Shown: piece by piece, positions 8,801-16,160 of the stretch | Layout of the letters: each line of letters begins with the position of its first letter | Numbering within the stretch: the stretch's first letter is position 1 | Notes under the pieces: generated by a model | Database searches by the model: none | What the model saw: only the letters and a program-made list of their open reading frames with translations | Told to the model about the DNA's origin: nothing | Program-made: the position numbers and the translations under genes | Source: Planctomycetota bacterium | Lineage (GTDB): Bacteria > Planctomycetota > MHYJ01 > WSZJ01 | DNA length: 32,885 nucleotides | Direction: 5' to 3' | NCBI GenBank assembly: GCA_038060895.1 | Contig: JBBTCT010000019.1 | Coordinates: forward strand, 20,322 to 53,206

Positions 8801-8971
8801 AACGACGTCGTTTTCTCCCCCGTTACCGGGGAGATTTCCCCCACCGCCCCTTCCCGGTGAACCGCCTGAGCCATCGGACTCCTGGCCCCCGTCGCCATGT
8901 TTCTTCCGGCAGCCCGCGAGCGTGCCGGCGAATACGATCACGATGAGCGAAAACGCGAGAAACCGCTTCAT
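5840..8971 (-). CDS. Surface lipoprotein with 4 fibronectin type III repeats and about 4 PPC (pre-peptidase C-terminal)-like repeats
   Basis: Lipobox LAG-C and SD GAAGGAGG. Four repeats of W(T/L)A(P/S)GDD...Y..RY...PI/PV....F..A....Y.F. Four repeats starting E(T/S)EPN(N/D) or ESEAP...ND, with D.D.(W/Y/V)(F/S).F. Confidence 0.85.
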   Translation of the reverse strand: MKRFLAFSLIVIVFAGTLAGCRKKHGDGGQESDGSGGSPGRGGGGNLPGNGGENDVVAPGAATDLSLTGVTHLTATLTWTASGDDFASGQAASYDLRYSTTPIATDADFSGATEVSGEPTPAAPGSPETKTVMGLSSETDYWFALKTIDDAGNASPMSNVVQGRTLPPPDVTAPPAVTDLAVIETSSVDAKLQWTAPGDDGAGGGPASTYDVRYSTSPIDAANFDAATPANGEPVPAQPGEQETFTAGNLTAGLTYWFALRTGDEVPNVSELSNVVSATLPVPDTTAPSAINDLAVSTPTPYTLTLTWLAPGDDGNAGTASAYLVRYALAPILTETDFDNATAVGNPPAPEAAGTPQSLVVNNLEPASTYYFAVRAVDEVPNTGAISNSPAGTTAPPPDLTAPAAINNLGVVAWTDTTISLSWTAPGDDGWTGTAALYEIRWSSLPVTTDALFDAANPVPGAPTPLAAGSAQTFVVTGLASGTTFYFSIRAKDEAGNTAGISNGAAGTTSLLPVTLTIEETEPNNSTDTANPLPPGTAGHGHLDTLADLDYWSFQANAGDVFTVELFGTRMTQATWNSSDAIPILQLLDPSGDTLLRHDRGSWKSGDHDLDVPLFRAPVTGKFFVRLQASNDNAVREYAILVRPVPLPLVFESEAPGVKGGNDKRDDAEELTLPVNVYGWHVNNESDYFSFEVSAATVLRFEVVAYRNGIAKGCGYTNPRLWLYDPAGKKAMMVSDSVFEDVEFTWLASTKGTWTVRVFDDGGSSGDGPYFLHVDSSPAPKTSESEPNNVPAEANPVAYGDFRNAYADKKDEDWFAFTGSAGDLVRIKVYDAENSEDARHHIIVDIVGANGTAVIPSDPQQGSLHTVRAMLRESGIHYIRVKGWSSDTLYAFELQRFLAVPIESEPNDSPGAADVMDLAGRASGLISADGDVDVFSFAATSTELVTLAAYARPAAAPPGSDGDSERSGHGSTMSPKLTVRDAEGNVLAVSTDGLKNVSAESVTNPLPTLELTFVAPTSGNFTVTVEDTKGKGSETGTYAIQRR

Positions 8972-9225
8972 GGTGCCTCCTTCTGCTGTTCACAAAGTTG
9001 CAATGGAACGGCTCTCGCCGGGCATGCCGGCCCGCGGATTCACTTCCTCTTAATGCCCTTAAGCAACTTGCGTGCGAGACTGGATTCCCGGGAACGGCAT
9101 GTTTCCGGGGCGCCGGGCCAGGTTTCCCGGCGGGTCGGGATTCGTCCCCAGTTCCTGCCGCAACCTTGCGCGTTTCCGCCCCGCTTGCACTCGCTCCCCG
9201 TTCATTCCCGTGAGAGACTCCCTTC

Positions 9226-10161
9226 ATGTCAGCTCCGCACCCCGCAAGAGCAGGGATCCGTTCGACCCTGGTCGGCGTCATCGCCAACGCGGTGCTCGCC
9301 GCCGGCAAGGCGCTCGCGGGAATCCTCGGCAACAGCGCCGCACTCGTGGCCGATGCCATCGAGTCCACGTCCGACATCGCAACCTCGCTCATCGTCCTGG
9401 GCGGCCTCCGCGTCGCCCAGCGCCCGCCCGACGAAGACCACCCCTACGGCCACGGCAAGGCCGAGCCCCTCGCCGCCCTCGCCGTCGCCGTCGCCCTCCT
9501 CGCCGCCGCAGGCGGCATCGTCGTCACCAGCATTCGCGGCATCCTCATCCCTCACCCCGTCCCGGAGAAATACACGCTCGCCGTCCTCCTGGGCGTCATC
9601 GTGATCAAAGAGACCCTCTTCCGATTCGTCTGGCGATCGGGACACGAGACGGGTAGCGGCGCCGTGAAGGCGGATGCGTGGCATCACCGAAGCGACGCAA
9701 TCACCTCAGCCGTGGCCGCGGTCGGGATCGTCCTGGCAATCTGGTGGAATTACCCCCCCGCTGACGAGATTGCGGCACTTTTCGGCGCGGCCATCATCGC
9801 GTTCAACGGCGTGCGGCTCGCTCAACCGGCGATCATGGAAATCACGGACGCCGCTCCCCCGGCGGAGCTGGAAGCGCTGGCGCGCCGCACTGCGCAGGGA
9901 GTCCCGGGAGTGATGGCGGTCGAGAAGTGCCGGTTGAGGAAAATGGGCTTCGACTTCTACGTGGACATTCACGTCGTCGTCGACGGGGCCATGTCGGTTC
10001 GGGACGGGCACGCGATTGCGCACGGGGTCAAGGACGCGCTTCGAGGTTCAAAACTGCGGGTCGCGGACGCGCTCGTTCACGTGGAACCGAACGACGCCGA
10101 GCGGCTGGCGCGGGCGCGGAAATTCGCCTCAGCCGGGGGAGAGGGCGATCGGTCGGACTGA
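9226..10161 (+). CDS. Cation diffusion facilitator (CDF, FieF-like) metal transporter
   Basis: S.ALVADAIESTSD, PPDEDHPYGHGKAE, ADAWHHRSD, and a C-terminal dimerisation domain (VDIHVVVD...GHAIA...VHVEP). Confidence 0.93.
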   Translation: MSAPHPARAGIRSTLVGVIANAVLAAGKALAGILGNSAALVADAIESTSDIATSLIVLGGLRVAQRPPDEDHPYGHGKAEPLAALAVAVALLAAAGGIVVTSIRGILIPHPVPEKYTLAVLLGVIVIKETLFRFVWRSGHETGSGAVKADAWHHRSDAITSAVAAVGIVLAIWWNYPPADEIAALFGAAIIAFNGVRLAQPAIMEITDAAPPAELEALARRTAQGVPGVMAVEKCRLRKMGFDFYVDIHVVVDGAMSVRDGHAIAHGVKDALRGSKLRVADALVHVEPNDAERLARARKFASAGGEGDRSD

Positions 10162-10268
10162 ATTTCCGCTGCCCACAATACGGCCGCGACTTCGCCGTTG
10201 GTCTTTGCGGGGTAACTCCGCGCCACAGGAGACCCGCGGCAAACGTGCTAGACTTTGCCGCATCACCG

Positions 10269-13200
10269 ATGCTGAACGACCAGCAACTGGGGAAAAAGCT
10301 CGTCGAAGCCGGCAAAGTCACCGAAGCCGCGCTGTCGGCGGCGCTTGCCGAGCAGAAGCGGCTGATCATGGAAGGCCGCGCCGCGAGACTGGGTGAGCTC
10401 CTGGTCCAGCGCGGGCTCTGCGCGGCGAAGGACGTCCAGGAAGCCCTCGCCGGACAGGGAAAGAAGATCGGCGAGTGCGATGCCTGCGGCGCCCGCTTCA
10501 ACGTCGTCGCCTGGGCGCCGAACCGCCTTTATCGCTGCGGCAAGTGCCAGGGCGTGCTTCGCCCGGTCGAAGTCTCCGACGACGTCGGGGTTTCCGGAAC
10601 CAAGGTCATGCCCTCGGTCGGCGCCCCCCCGCCCGCGGCTGCGAAGGCGAAACAGAAGCTAGGCAACATCACCCTGATGCGCGAACTCGGCCGCGGCGGA
10701 ATGGGCGTCGTCTACCAGGGCCTGCAGGAAGAACTTCGGCGCACGGTCGCAGTGAAAGTCCTGCTCAACTCCGACGACGCTAAGCTCAAGGCACGATTCC
10801 TCAGGGAAGCGCGCGTCGTGTCGAAGCTGCGCCACCCGAACATCGTCGCCGTGCACGAGCTTGGCGAAGACGCGGGCAAGGCGTACTTCACGATGGACTA
10901 CATCGAGGGCGGGCCGCTCAACGCTCTGTTCGCGCCGAACCGCCTGCCCGTGAAAGAACTGGCCGCGATCGTGGCCACCATGGCACGCGCGATGAACTAT
11001 GCGCACAGGCAGGGCCTGGTCCACCGCGACATCAAGCCGCAGAACATCCTCGTCACAACCGCCGGAGTCCCCTTCCTTTCGGACTTCGGCCTCGCGCGCG
11101 AAATCGAGTCCTCCACCCGCCTCACCATGAGCGGCGCCGTCATGGGAACACCGGCTTACATGTCCCCGGAACAGGCGCGCGGCGAGGGCGCGCGGGTGGA
11201 CGCGCGAAGCGATCTCTATTCGCTTGGCGCCGTGCTCTACGAAGGCCTGGCCGGCCGTCCCCCGTTCGACGGCCAGGACCTGATTTCGATGCTCGAAGCG
11301 ATCATCCACGACGAGCCGGTGCCGCCCTCGGCCCTCGTCGCCGGCGTGCCCGCCGACCTCGAGACGATCTGCCTCAAGGCGCTCGACAAGTCGCCGGAGA
11401 AACGCTTCCAGAGCGGCGAGGATTTCGCCGCCGACCTGGACCGATTCCTCAAGGGCGAGGCTATTTCCGCGCGGCGCAGCGGGGCGATTGAAAAAGGGGC
11501 TCGCTGGGCGAAGAAGCGCCCGGCGCTGGTGGCCTCGGTCGCGGCAGCGCTCGCGGTCGCGCTGGTCGCCGGGGCCGTAATCTGGCGCGGCCGGGTGAAT
11601 GCGGGAGCGGAGCGGAAGCGGCACGAGCGCGAAGTGGCAGAGGGGGCCGAGCGCGAGCGCGTAGCGAAGGAAGAGCGGGCGCGGTACCTGCAGCGACTTG
11701 CAGACCTGGAAGGCCAGCTCGAGCAGGCGAAGACGGACGAGGACAAGGAGCGGATCCGCAAGGAGATCGAGGCGGCCAAGGGCGGCCCGCCGGTGACGGA
11801 CACGGTGAAGAAGCCGGTCGATCTGCCGCCCGTGGAGGCGGCATGGAAGGCCGTGGAAGGTCGCATCCATCGCATGCTGGTCGAGACCCGCCCCGGCGAC
11901 GCCCTCGCGGAGCTCGCGGCGTTCGAGACGAAGACTTCCGAGGACGCGGACTGGAAGACGTCGCGGGTGGCGGGAATCCGCAAGTGGATCGAGGAGAATC
12001 AGAAATTCACGGAAGAGCAGGCAGCGGAGCACGAAGCGACGGGGCGGACGGACGAAGCGATCAAGTCCTGGAAATGGATCGCCTCGTGGAAGGTGGCGGA
12101 GTGCACTTCCAGGGCCGAAGCGGAAATCGACCGGTTGGAGGGCGTTCTCGCGGACGCAGGGAAGGCAACCTGGCGCCGCGAGCACCTCGGCGCTCTCCGG
12201 AAATCGGTTGGCGAAGCGTTGGCGCGGGGCGAACTGGCAGGAGCCGGCGCCTTGATCGATGCAGGGGCCGCGGCCAGCACGGCCGATGGGCAGGAAATCG
12301 CGGACCTGCGATGGATCGTAGAGCGGCTCCGGCAATTCGGGGCGACATTCCGGGCCAACGCGGCGGACAAGGAAATCGGAACGTTGAAGCACGAAACGCC
12401 GGTGAAAGTGGTCTCGGTCCTCGAGGACGGACGCCTCTCTGTGAGCCTTCGCGCGAACGAGGCGGTCATCACGACCACGATCCTGCTCGCCGATGTGCTC
12501 CCCGTTTCCCTCGTGGACGTCGTGCGCAAGTCCGGCGGAGACGAGGATTCGATCGCCCTCTTCTGGTGGTTCTACGACCCGCCGGCGAAGAAAGACAAAG
12601 AGAAGGTCGTCAGCGACAACCAGAAGCGCGCATTGGCCATCGTCGCCAAGTCGCAGAACTCCGGAAAGCTGCTGTCGTTCCTCATCGGACTCCGGGAAGA
12701 ATCCTCGGACCCGGGCGTGGAGAATCCGCCGACTCCGGGCACGGTCAAGGGGCCATGGGCGGTGGAGGGCGAGCCTGACGCGAAGTTCGGATTGAAGTGG
12801 ACGTACCACTTTTCCGCCGGCGAAGTCGCCGACTGGATGATCGCGCCGCGCGGGCCGATGGAGCAGCTGGCCGGCTGGGGCGCGCACCTCGAGAAGAACG
12901 CCGACGGCGCCGGGTTCCGGCTCTGGACGAAAGACGCGATGGCCGGGTGGGCGGGATCGATCGGCCGCATCATGAAGATTCGGGCCCAGGGAACCCTGAC
13001 CCATTTCCCCGAGGGCCGTTTCGGCATCGCTCTCGGCGGCTACCAGGCCTGGGTGACGGCGGGCCAGCACATGTGGTCCGCCGCGCCCTCCGGCAAGTCT
13101 CTCGGAGGCAATAACAGCATCGGGCAGACGGCGCTGAATCGGCCCTTGGTGCTGGAGATCTGGATTGAAGACCTCAATCTTCCTCAGCTGCACATCATCG

Positions 13201-14324
13201 TGGACGGCAAGCCGCTGCAGCAGACGACGATGGAAGAACCGCTCAACGGTCCGACGGGGGTCTACGCGGAGGGCGGAACCGTCGCCGTGTGGGACTGGGT
13301 CGAGGTCTACGGCACCATCGGCGACGACATCGCAGGCCAGCTCGCCGATTTCCGGTCGGTGCTGGCCGCCGCCCGCGCTTCAACCTCCCCGGCAAAGATC
13401 CTCTCCGACGGGAAATCGATGGGCGCGTTCCAGACGATGGGCGAGGGGAAGTGGAGCGCGTCGGGAGGGCAGTTGCGCGGCAAGTCGTCGGGGGTCGGCC
13501 CGAGGCAGGAGGCCATCTTGCGGGCCGGAGGCGCGCGCAATTTCCGGCTGCACTTCAAGTACTGGGCCAGCTCCGCGAAGAATCTCACGCTGGAAGGGCG
13601 CGGCGGTCCCGGCAATGGCATGCTGCGATTCATGCTTCCCCTCGACAAGCCCACCGAGTGGCGTGAGGTTGATCTCATCGCGGCCGAGCGCTGCGTGTGG
13701 TGCACGGTGGATGATTCGCTGCCGCTGTTTATCGCAAATCCGCCGGATTCCGTCTCAGGCGGCGAGATTGCGTTCGTGCTGTTCGGGGGCGAAGCGGCGA
13801 TCGACGACGTGACCCTTCAGGAAATCCCGGGGCTCGACGCCGGATCGGGTCCGTCGTACCCGTGGCCTCCGATGCCCGGTCCCGGCGGCGGTCCGGGCCC
13901 TGGGCCGGGCCCCGGCCCGGGTCCCGGTGCTGACGGCTGGAGCGACCTGTGGGACCGGAAGACGACCGATGGATTCGTCAAAAAGGAAAAGCTGGGTGTG
14001 AAGAATGGCGAGCTCCTGGTCGCGAGCGAATTGACCACCGCCAACGAATGGCCCTCCGTCGAACTCGAAATGGAGTTCGCGGTCGAAGTGAATTCCCAAT
14101 TCCAGGTCGGCGCCAAACAGGACTGGGTGGCGAAAGTTGAGGCGCTGAAGGGAAGGCACCGGCTCTGGCTGAGAATCACGCGCAACGGCGTCGAGATGCA
14201 GCTCGACGGGAAGGCCCTGTCCACGAAGGGCGGTGGCGGCGACAAACCGGGGCCCTTCCGGATCAGAATGGAAGCCGGGATGCTGAAGATCATCTCGCTT
14301 CGACATCGCCCCCCGGGACAGTAG
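10269..14324 (+). CDS. Multidomain Hanks-type Ser/Thr protein kinase (MshEN-like, Zn ribbon, kinase, TM, coiled coil, beta-sandwich domains)
   Basis: LGRGGMGVVY, VAVK, HRDIKPQN, DFG, GTPAYMSPE and DLYSLG. TM helix after the kinase domain. The C-terminal lectin/DUF1080-like character is inferred. Start ATG 10269, or in-frame GTG 10245; the ORF-track start 9927 overlaps the CDF gene. Confidence 0.9.
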   Translation: MLNDQQLGKKLVEAGKVTEAALSAALAEQKRLIMEGRAARLGELLVQRGLCAAKDVQEALAGQGKKIGECDACGARFNVVAWAPNRLYRCGKCQGVLRPVEVSDDVGVSGTKVMPSVGAPPPAAAKAKQKLGNITLMRELGRGGMGVVYQGLQEELRRTVAVKVLLNSDDAKLKARFLREARVVSKLRHPNIVAVHELGEDAGKAYFTMDYIEGGPLNALFAPNRLPVKELAAIVATMARAMNYAHRQGLVHRDIKPQNILVTTAGVPFLSDFGLAREIESSTRLTMSGAVMGTPAYMSPEQARGEGARVDARSDLYSLGAVLYEGLAGRPPFDGQDLISMLEAIIHDEPVPPSALVAGVPADLETICLKALDKSPEKRFQSGEDFAADLDRFLKGEAISARRSGAIEKGARWAKKRPALVASVAAALAVALVAGAVIWRGRVNAGAERKRHEREVAEGAERERVAKEERARYLQRLADLEGQLEQAKTDEDKERIRKEIEAAKGGPPVTDTVKKPVDLPPVEAAWKAVEGRIHRMLVETRPGDALAELAAFETKTSEDADWKTSRVAGIRKWIEENQKFTEEQAAEHEATGRTDEAIKSWKWIASWKVAECTSRAEAEIDRLEGVLADAGKATWRREHLGALRKSVGEALARGELAGAGALIDAGAAASTADGQEIADLRWIVERLRQFGATFRANAADKEIGTLKHETPVKVVSVLEDGRLSVSLRANEAVITTTILLADVLPVSLVDVVRKSGGDEDSIALFWWFYDPPAKKDKEKVVSDNQKRALAIVAKSQNSGKLLSFLIGLREESSDPGVENPPTPGTVKGPWAVEGEPDAKFGLKWTYHFSAGEVADWMIAPRGPMEQLAGWGAHLEKNADGAGFRLWTKDAMAGWAGSIGRIMKIRAQGTLTHFPEGRFGIALGGYQAWVTAGQHMWSAAPSGKSLGGNNSIGQTALNRPLVLEIWIEDLNLPQLHIIVDGKPLQQTTMEEPLNGPTGVYAEGGTVAVWDWVEVYGTIGDDIAGQLADFRSVLAAARASTSPAKILSDGKSMGAFQTMGEGKWSASGGQLRGKSSGVGPRQEAILRAGGARNFRLHFKYWASSAKNLTLEGRGGPGNGMLRFMLPLDKPTEWREVDLIAAERCVWCTVDDSLPLFIANPPDSVSGGEIAFVLFGGEAAIDDVTLQEIPGLDAGSGPSYPWPPMPGPGGGPGPGPGPGPGPGADGWSDLWDRKTTDGFVKKEKLGVKNGELLVASELTTANEWPSVELEMEFAVEVNSQFQVGAKQDWVAKVEALKGRHRLWLRITRNGVEMQLDGKALSTKGGGGDKPGPFRIRMEAGMLKIISLRHRPPGQ

Positions 14325-14337
14325 CGGGGAGCCCGGA

Positions 14338-15123
14338 TTGACTACTCGATTCGAACGCTACGTCGCCATCGGCGACAGTTCCACCGAGGGGCTCGAGGAT
14401 CCCGACGGCGCGGGCGGCTACCGCGGCTGGGCGAACCGGCTGGCGGAGCGCATTGCCGGGATTCAGGGCGGACTCCTCTATGCGAATCTCGGTGTGCGCG
14501 GCAAGCGGGCGCGCGAGATTCGCGAAGAGCAGCTCGGTCCCGCGCTCGAGATGAAACCCGATCTCGCGACAATCTTCGCGGGATCGAACGACATGATCGA
14601 TCGGGGATTCGATCCTGACGCGCTGCTGGCCGACCTGGTTCGCATGATGCGCGCGTTGATCGAAACGGGGACCGTGGTGCTGACGTTCACGCTACCTGAC
14701 CTCACCGGCGTCATGCCGATCGGCCGCCTGTTGTCCCGGCGGGTGAAGGCGATGAACGATGCAATCAAGGCAGCTTCGGCGAAGACAGGTGCCCGTCTCG
14801 TCGACTTCGCGGCGGAATCCGTGGGCTCAGACCCGCGGCTCTGGACCGAGGATCGTTTCCACGTCAACGCCGAGGGCCACGCGCGAATCGCGGCCGCGCT
14901 GGGGCAGGCTCTGGCGCTGCCTGGAAGCGATGACACATGGAGGCTGCCGCTGCCGGGGATCGACGGGAGGAGCCGCCTGACCCGCTGGTCGGAAACCTGG
15001 CGCTGGTACCGGCATCACCTGTTCGGCCGGGCCTGGCCGGGCCGGGCCTCCGCCGAGCTCCTGCGCGCCAAACGCCCGCGGATGGAGCCATTCCCTGCAA
15101 ACACCGCGGACGCTGCCCTCTAA
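14338..15123 (+). CDS. SGNH/GDSL hydrolase family protein
   Basis: Block I GDSSTEG, block II NLGVRG, block III GSND and block V DRFH. TTG start with GGGGAG upstream. Confidence 0.9.
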   Translation: MTTRFERYVAIGDSSTEGLEDPDGAGGYRGWANRLAERIAGIQGGLLYANLGVRGKRAREIREEQLGPALEMKPDLATIFAGSNDMIDRGFDPDALLADLVRMMRALIETGTVVLTFTLPDLTGVMPIGRLLSRRVKAMNDAIKAASAKTGARLVDFAAESVGSDPRLWTEDRFHVNAEGHARIAAALGQALALPGSDDTWRLPLPGIDGRSRLTRWSETWRWYRHHLFGRAWPGRASAELLRAKRPRMEPFPANTADAAL

Positions 15124-15869
15124 CGCGCGCTGCGCAATACCCAGTTCACTTCACCGGGCGGGTAGTACCACGAAGGGCCGGGACCGCGGACGCGCAATCC
15201 GGGGCGCTGCTTCGTGACGTTCGAGCCGTTTGGTGTGTATTCGATCGTCACTCCGACGACATTCCATTGGCGCGGTGCATCCGCCTTCTCTTTCCCGGAG
15301 TTCGACTTGCCCTCCGCGATTCCGCTCAGCTCGCGTTGATCGGGTGTGAGAGTCAGCGTCGCTCCCGCGAACGTCCATGTTCCCAGTTCCGCGGAGGTTG
15401 AGGCAACCAGGTCATATTTTGTCCGGCCGCTGAGCGCGCCTCCGCCGATCGTGAGCTCGTAGCGGCCGCTCTCGAGAAGTCGCAGGGTGATGCTCCGGTG
15501 ATCCTCGCGCCACAGCCCGGCGAGGGTGACGCTCACGCCCTCCGCGACGATCTGGTTGGGTGCGATGAACTCCATGCCGTTCGCCGGTGACTTGTAGATG
15601 AAGTCGTCGGGTTCGCCGGCGCCGGACGGTGCGCTCGTGCCGGCACTCCCGGCCGTTCCCGTCGTCGAAGGAGCGCCCGGAGTGCCGGACTCCTCGCTGA
15701 GTCCCGCAAAGACGCCGGCGAGGAAGACCCCCACAATGAGAAGAATGACGCCCACGCCGAAGCAGCCGCCGAGGATCAGGATCCAGAATCCCGCCCCGCG
15801 TCCCGCACGAACGGCCGCCGCGGGGTACCCCGGACCGGTCTGCGAGCCTTGCGGTTGCGCTTCCATCAT
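15120..15869 (-). CDS. Hypothetical single-pass membrane protein with a beta-rich (lipocalin-like?) extracytoplasmic domain
   Basis: Hydrophobic segment FWILILGGCFGVGVILLIVGVFLAGVF, a Ser/Thr/Gly linker, then LAGLW...GRYEL...GTWTFAGATLTLTP. The start at ATG 15869 is preceded by TAGATT. Confidence 0.65.
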   Translation of the reverse strand: MMEAQPQGSQTGPGYPAAAVRAGRGAGFWILILGGCFGVGVILLIVGVFLAGVFAGLSEESGTPGAPSTTGTAGSAGTSAPSGAGEPDDFIYKSPANGMEFIAPNQIVAEGVSVTLAGLWREDHRSITLRLLESGRYELTIGGGALSGRTKYDLVASTSAELGTWTFAGATLTLTPDQRELSGIAEGKSNSGKEKADAPRQWNVVGVTIEYTPNGSNVTKQRPGLRVRGPGPSWYYPPGEVNWVLRSAR

Positions 15870-16040
15870 TGACGGCAATCTAACACGGAATCGAGCCCAG
15901 GAAATCTACTCCGCACGGGCCGCTCGGGAATGCGGATCGCATGGAGAAAAACCCGAGTGGTATCAGGCTGCGTCGGCCCAGCTATGGCTGTTTGACGGGC
16001 CAATCTGAGACGGGCCCGCTCTGCTCACGCCGTTTTCACA

Positions 16041-16160
16041 GAGCGCGTGAAAAAAGCGGGCGACGGCGCGTGATCGGGTCTCGCGCCCCGCCGTCGGGCC
16101 TTTACGACGGCGGGTTGCGAGTCCCGATCGCGCGATGGCGCTCGATTTTTTCGCGCGCTC
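16041..16160. repeat. Long imperfect palindrome (56-bp arms, 8-nt loop)
   Basis: 16041-16096 and the reverse complement of 16105-16160 match at 46/56 positions without gaps, by manual alignment. Confidence 0.85.

Noticed and set aside
10224-10238. 15-bp match CACAGGAGACCCGCG upstream of the kinase and (on -) at 28836-28850 upstream of paralog 1
   Set aside because: One 15-mer match is roughly expected by chance in 33 kb of high-GC DNA, and it includes an SD-like core. I saw no third copy.
9927-10268. N-terminal extensions given by the ORF track (kinase from 9927; also 3823, 3629, 24148, 28902)
   Set aside because: They overlap neighbouring genes or precede the homologous or motif-defined start; downstream starts fit better.
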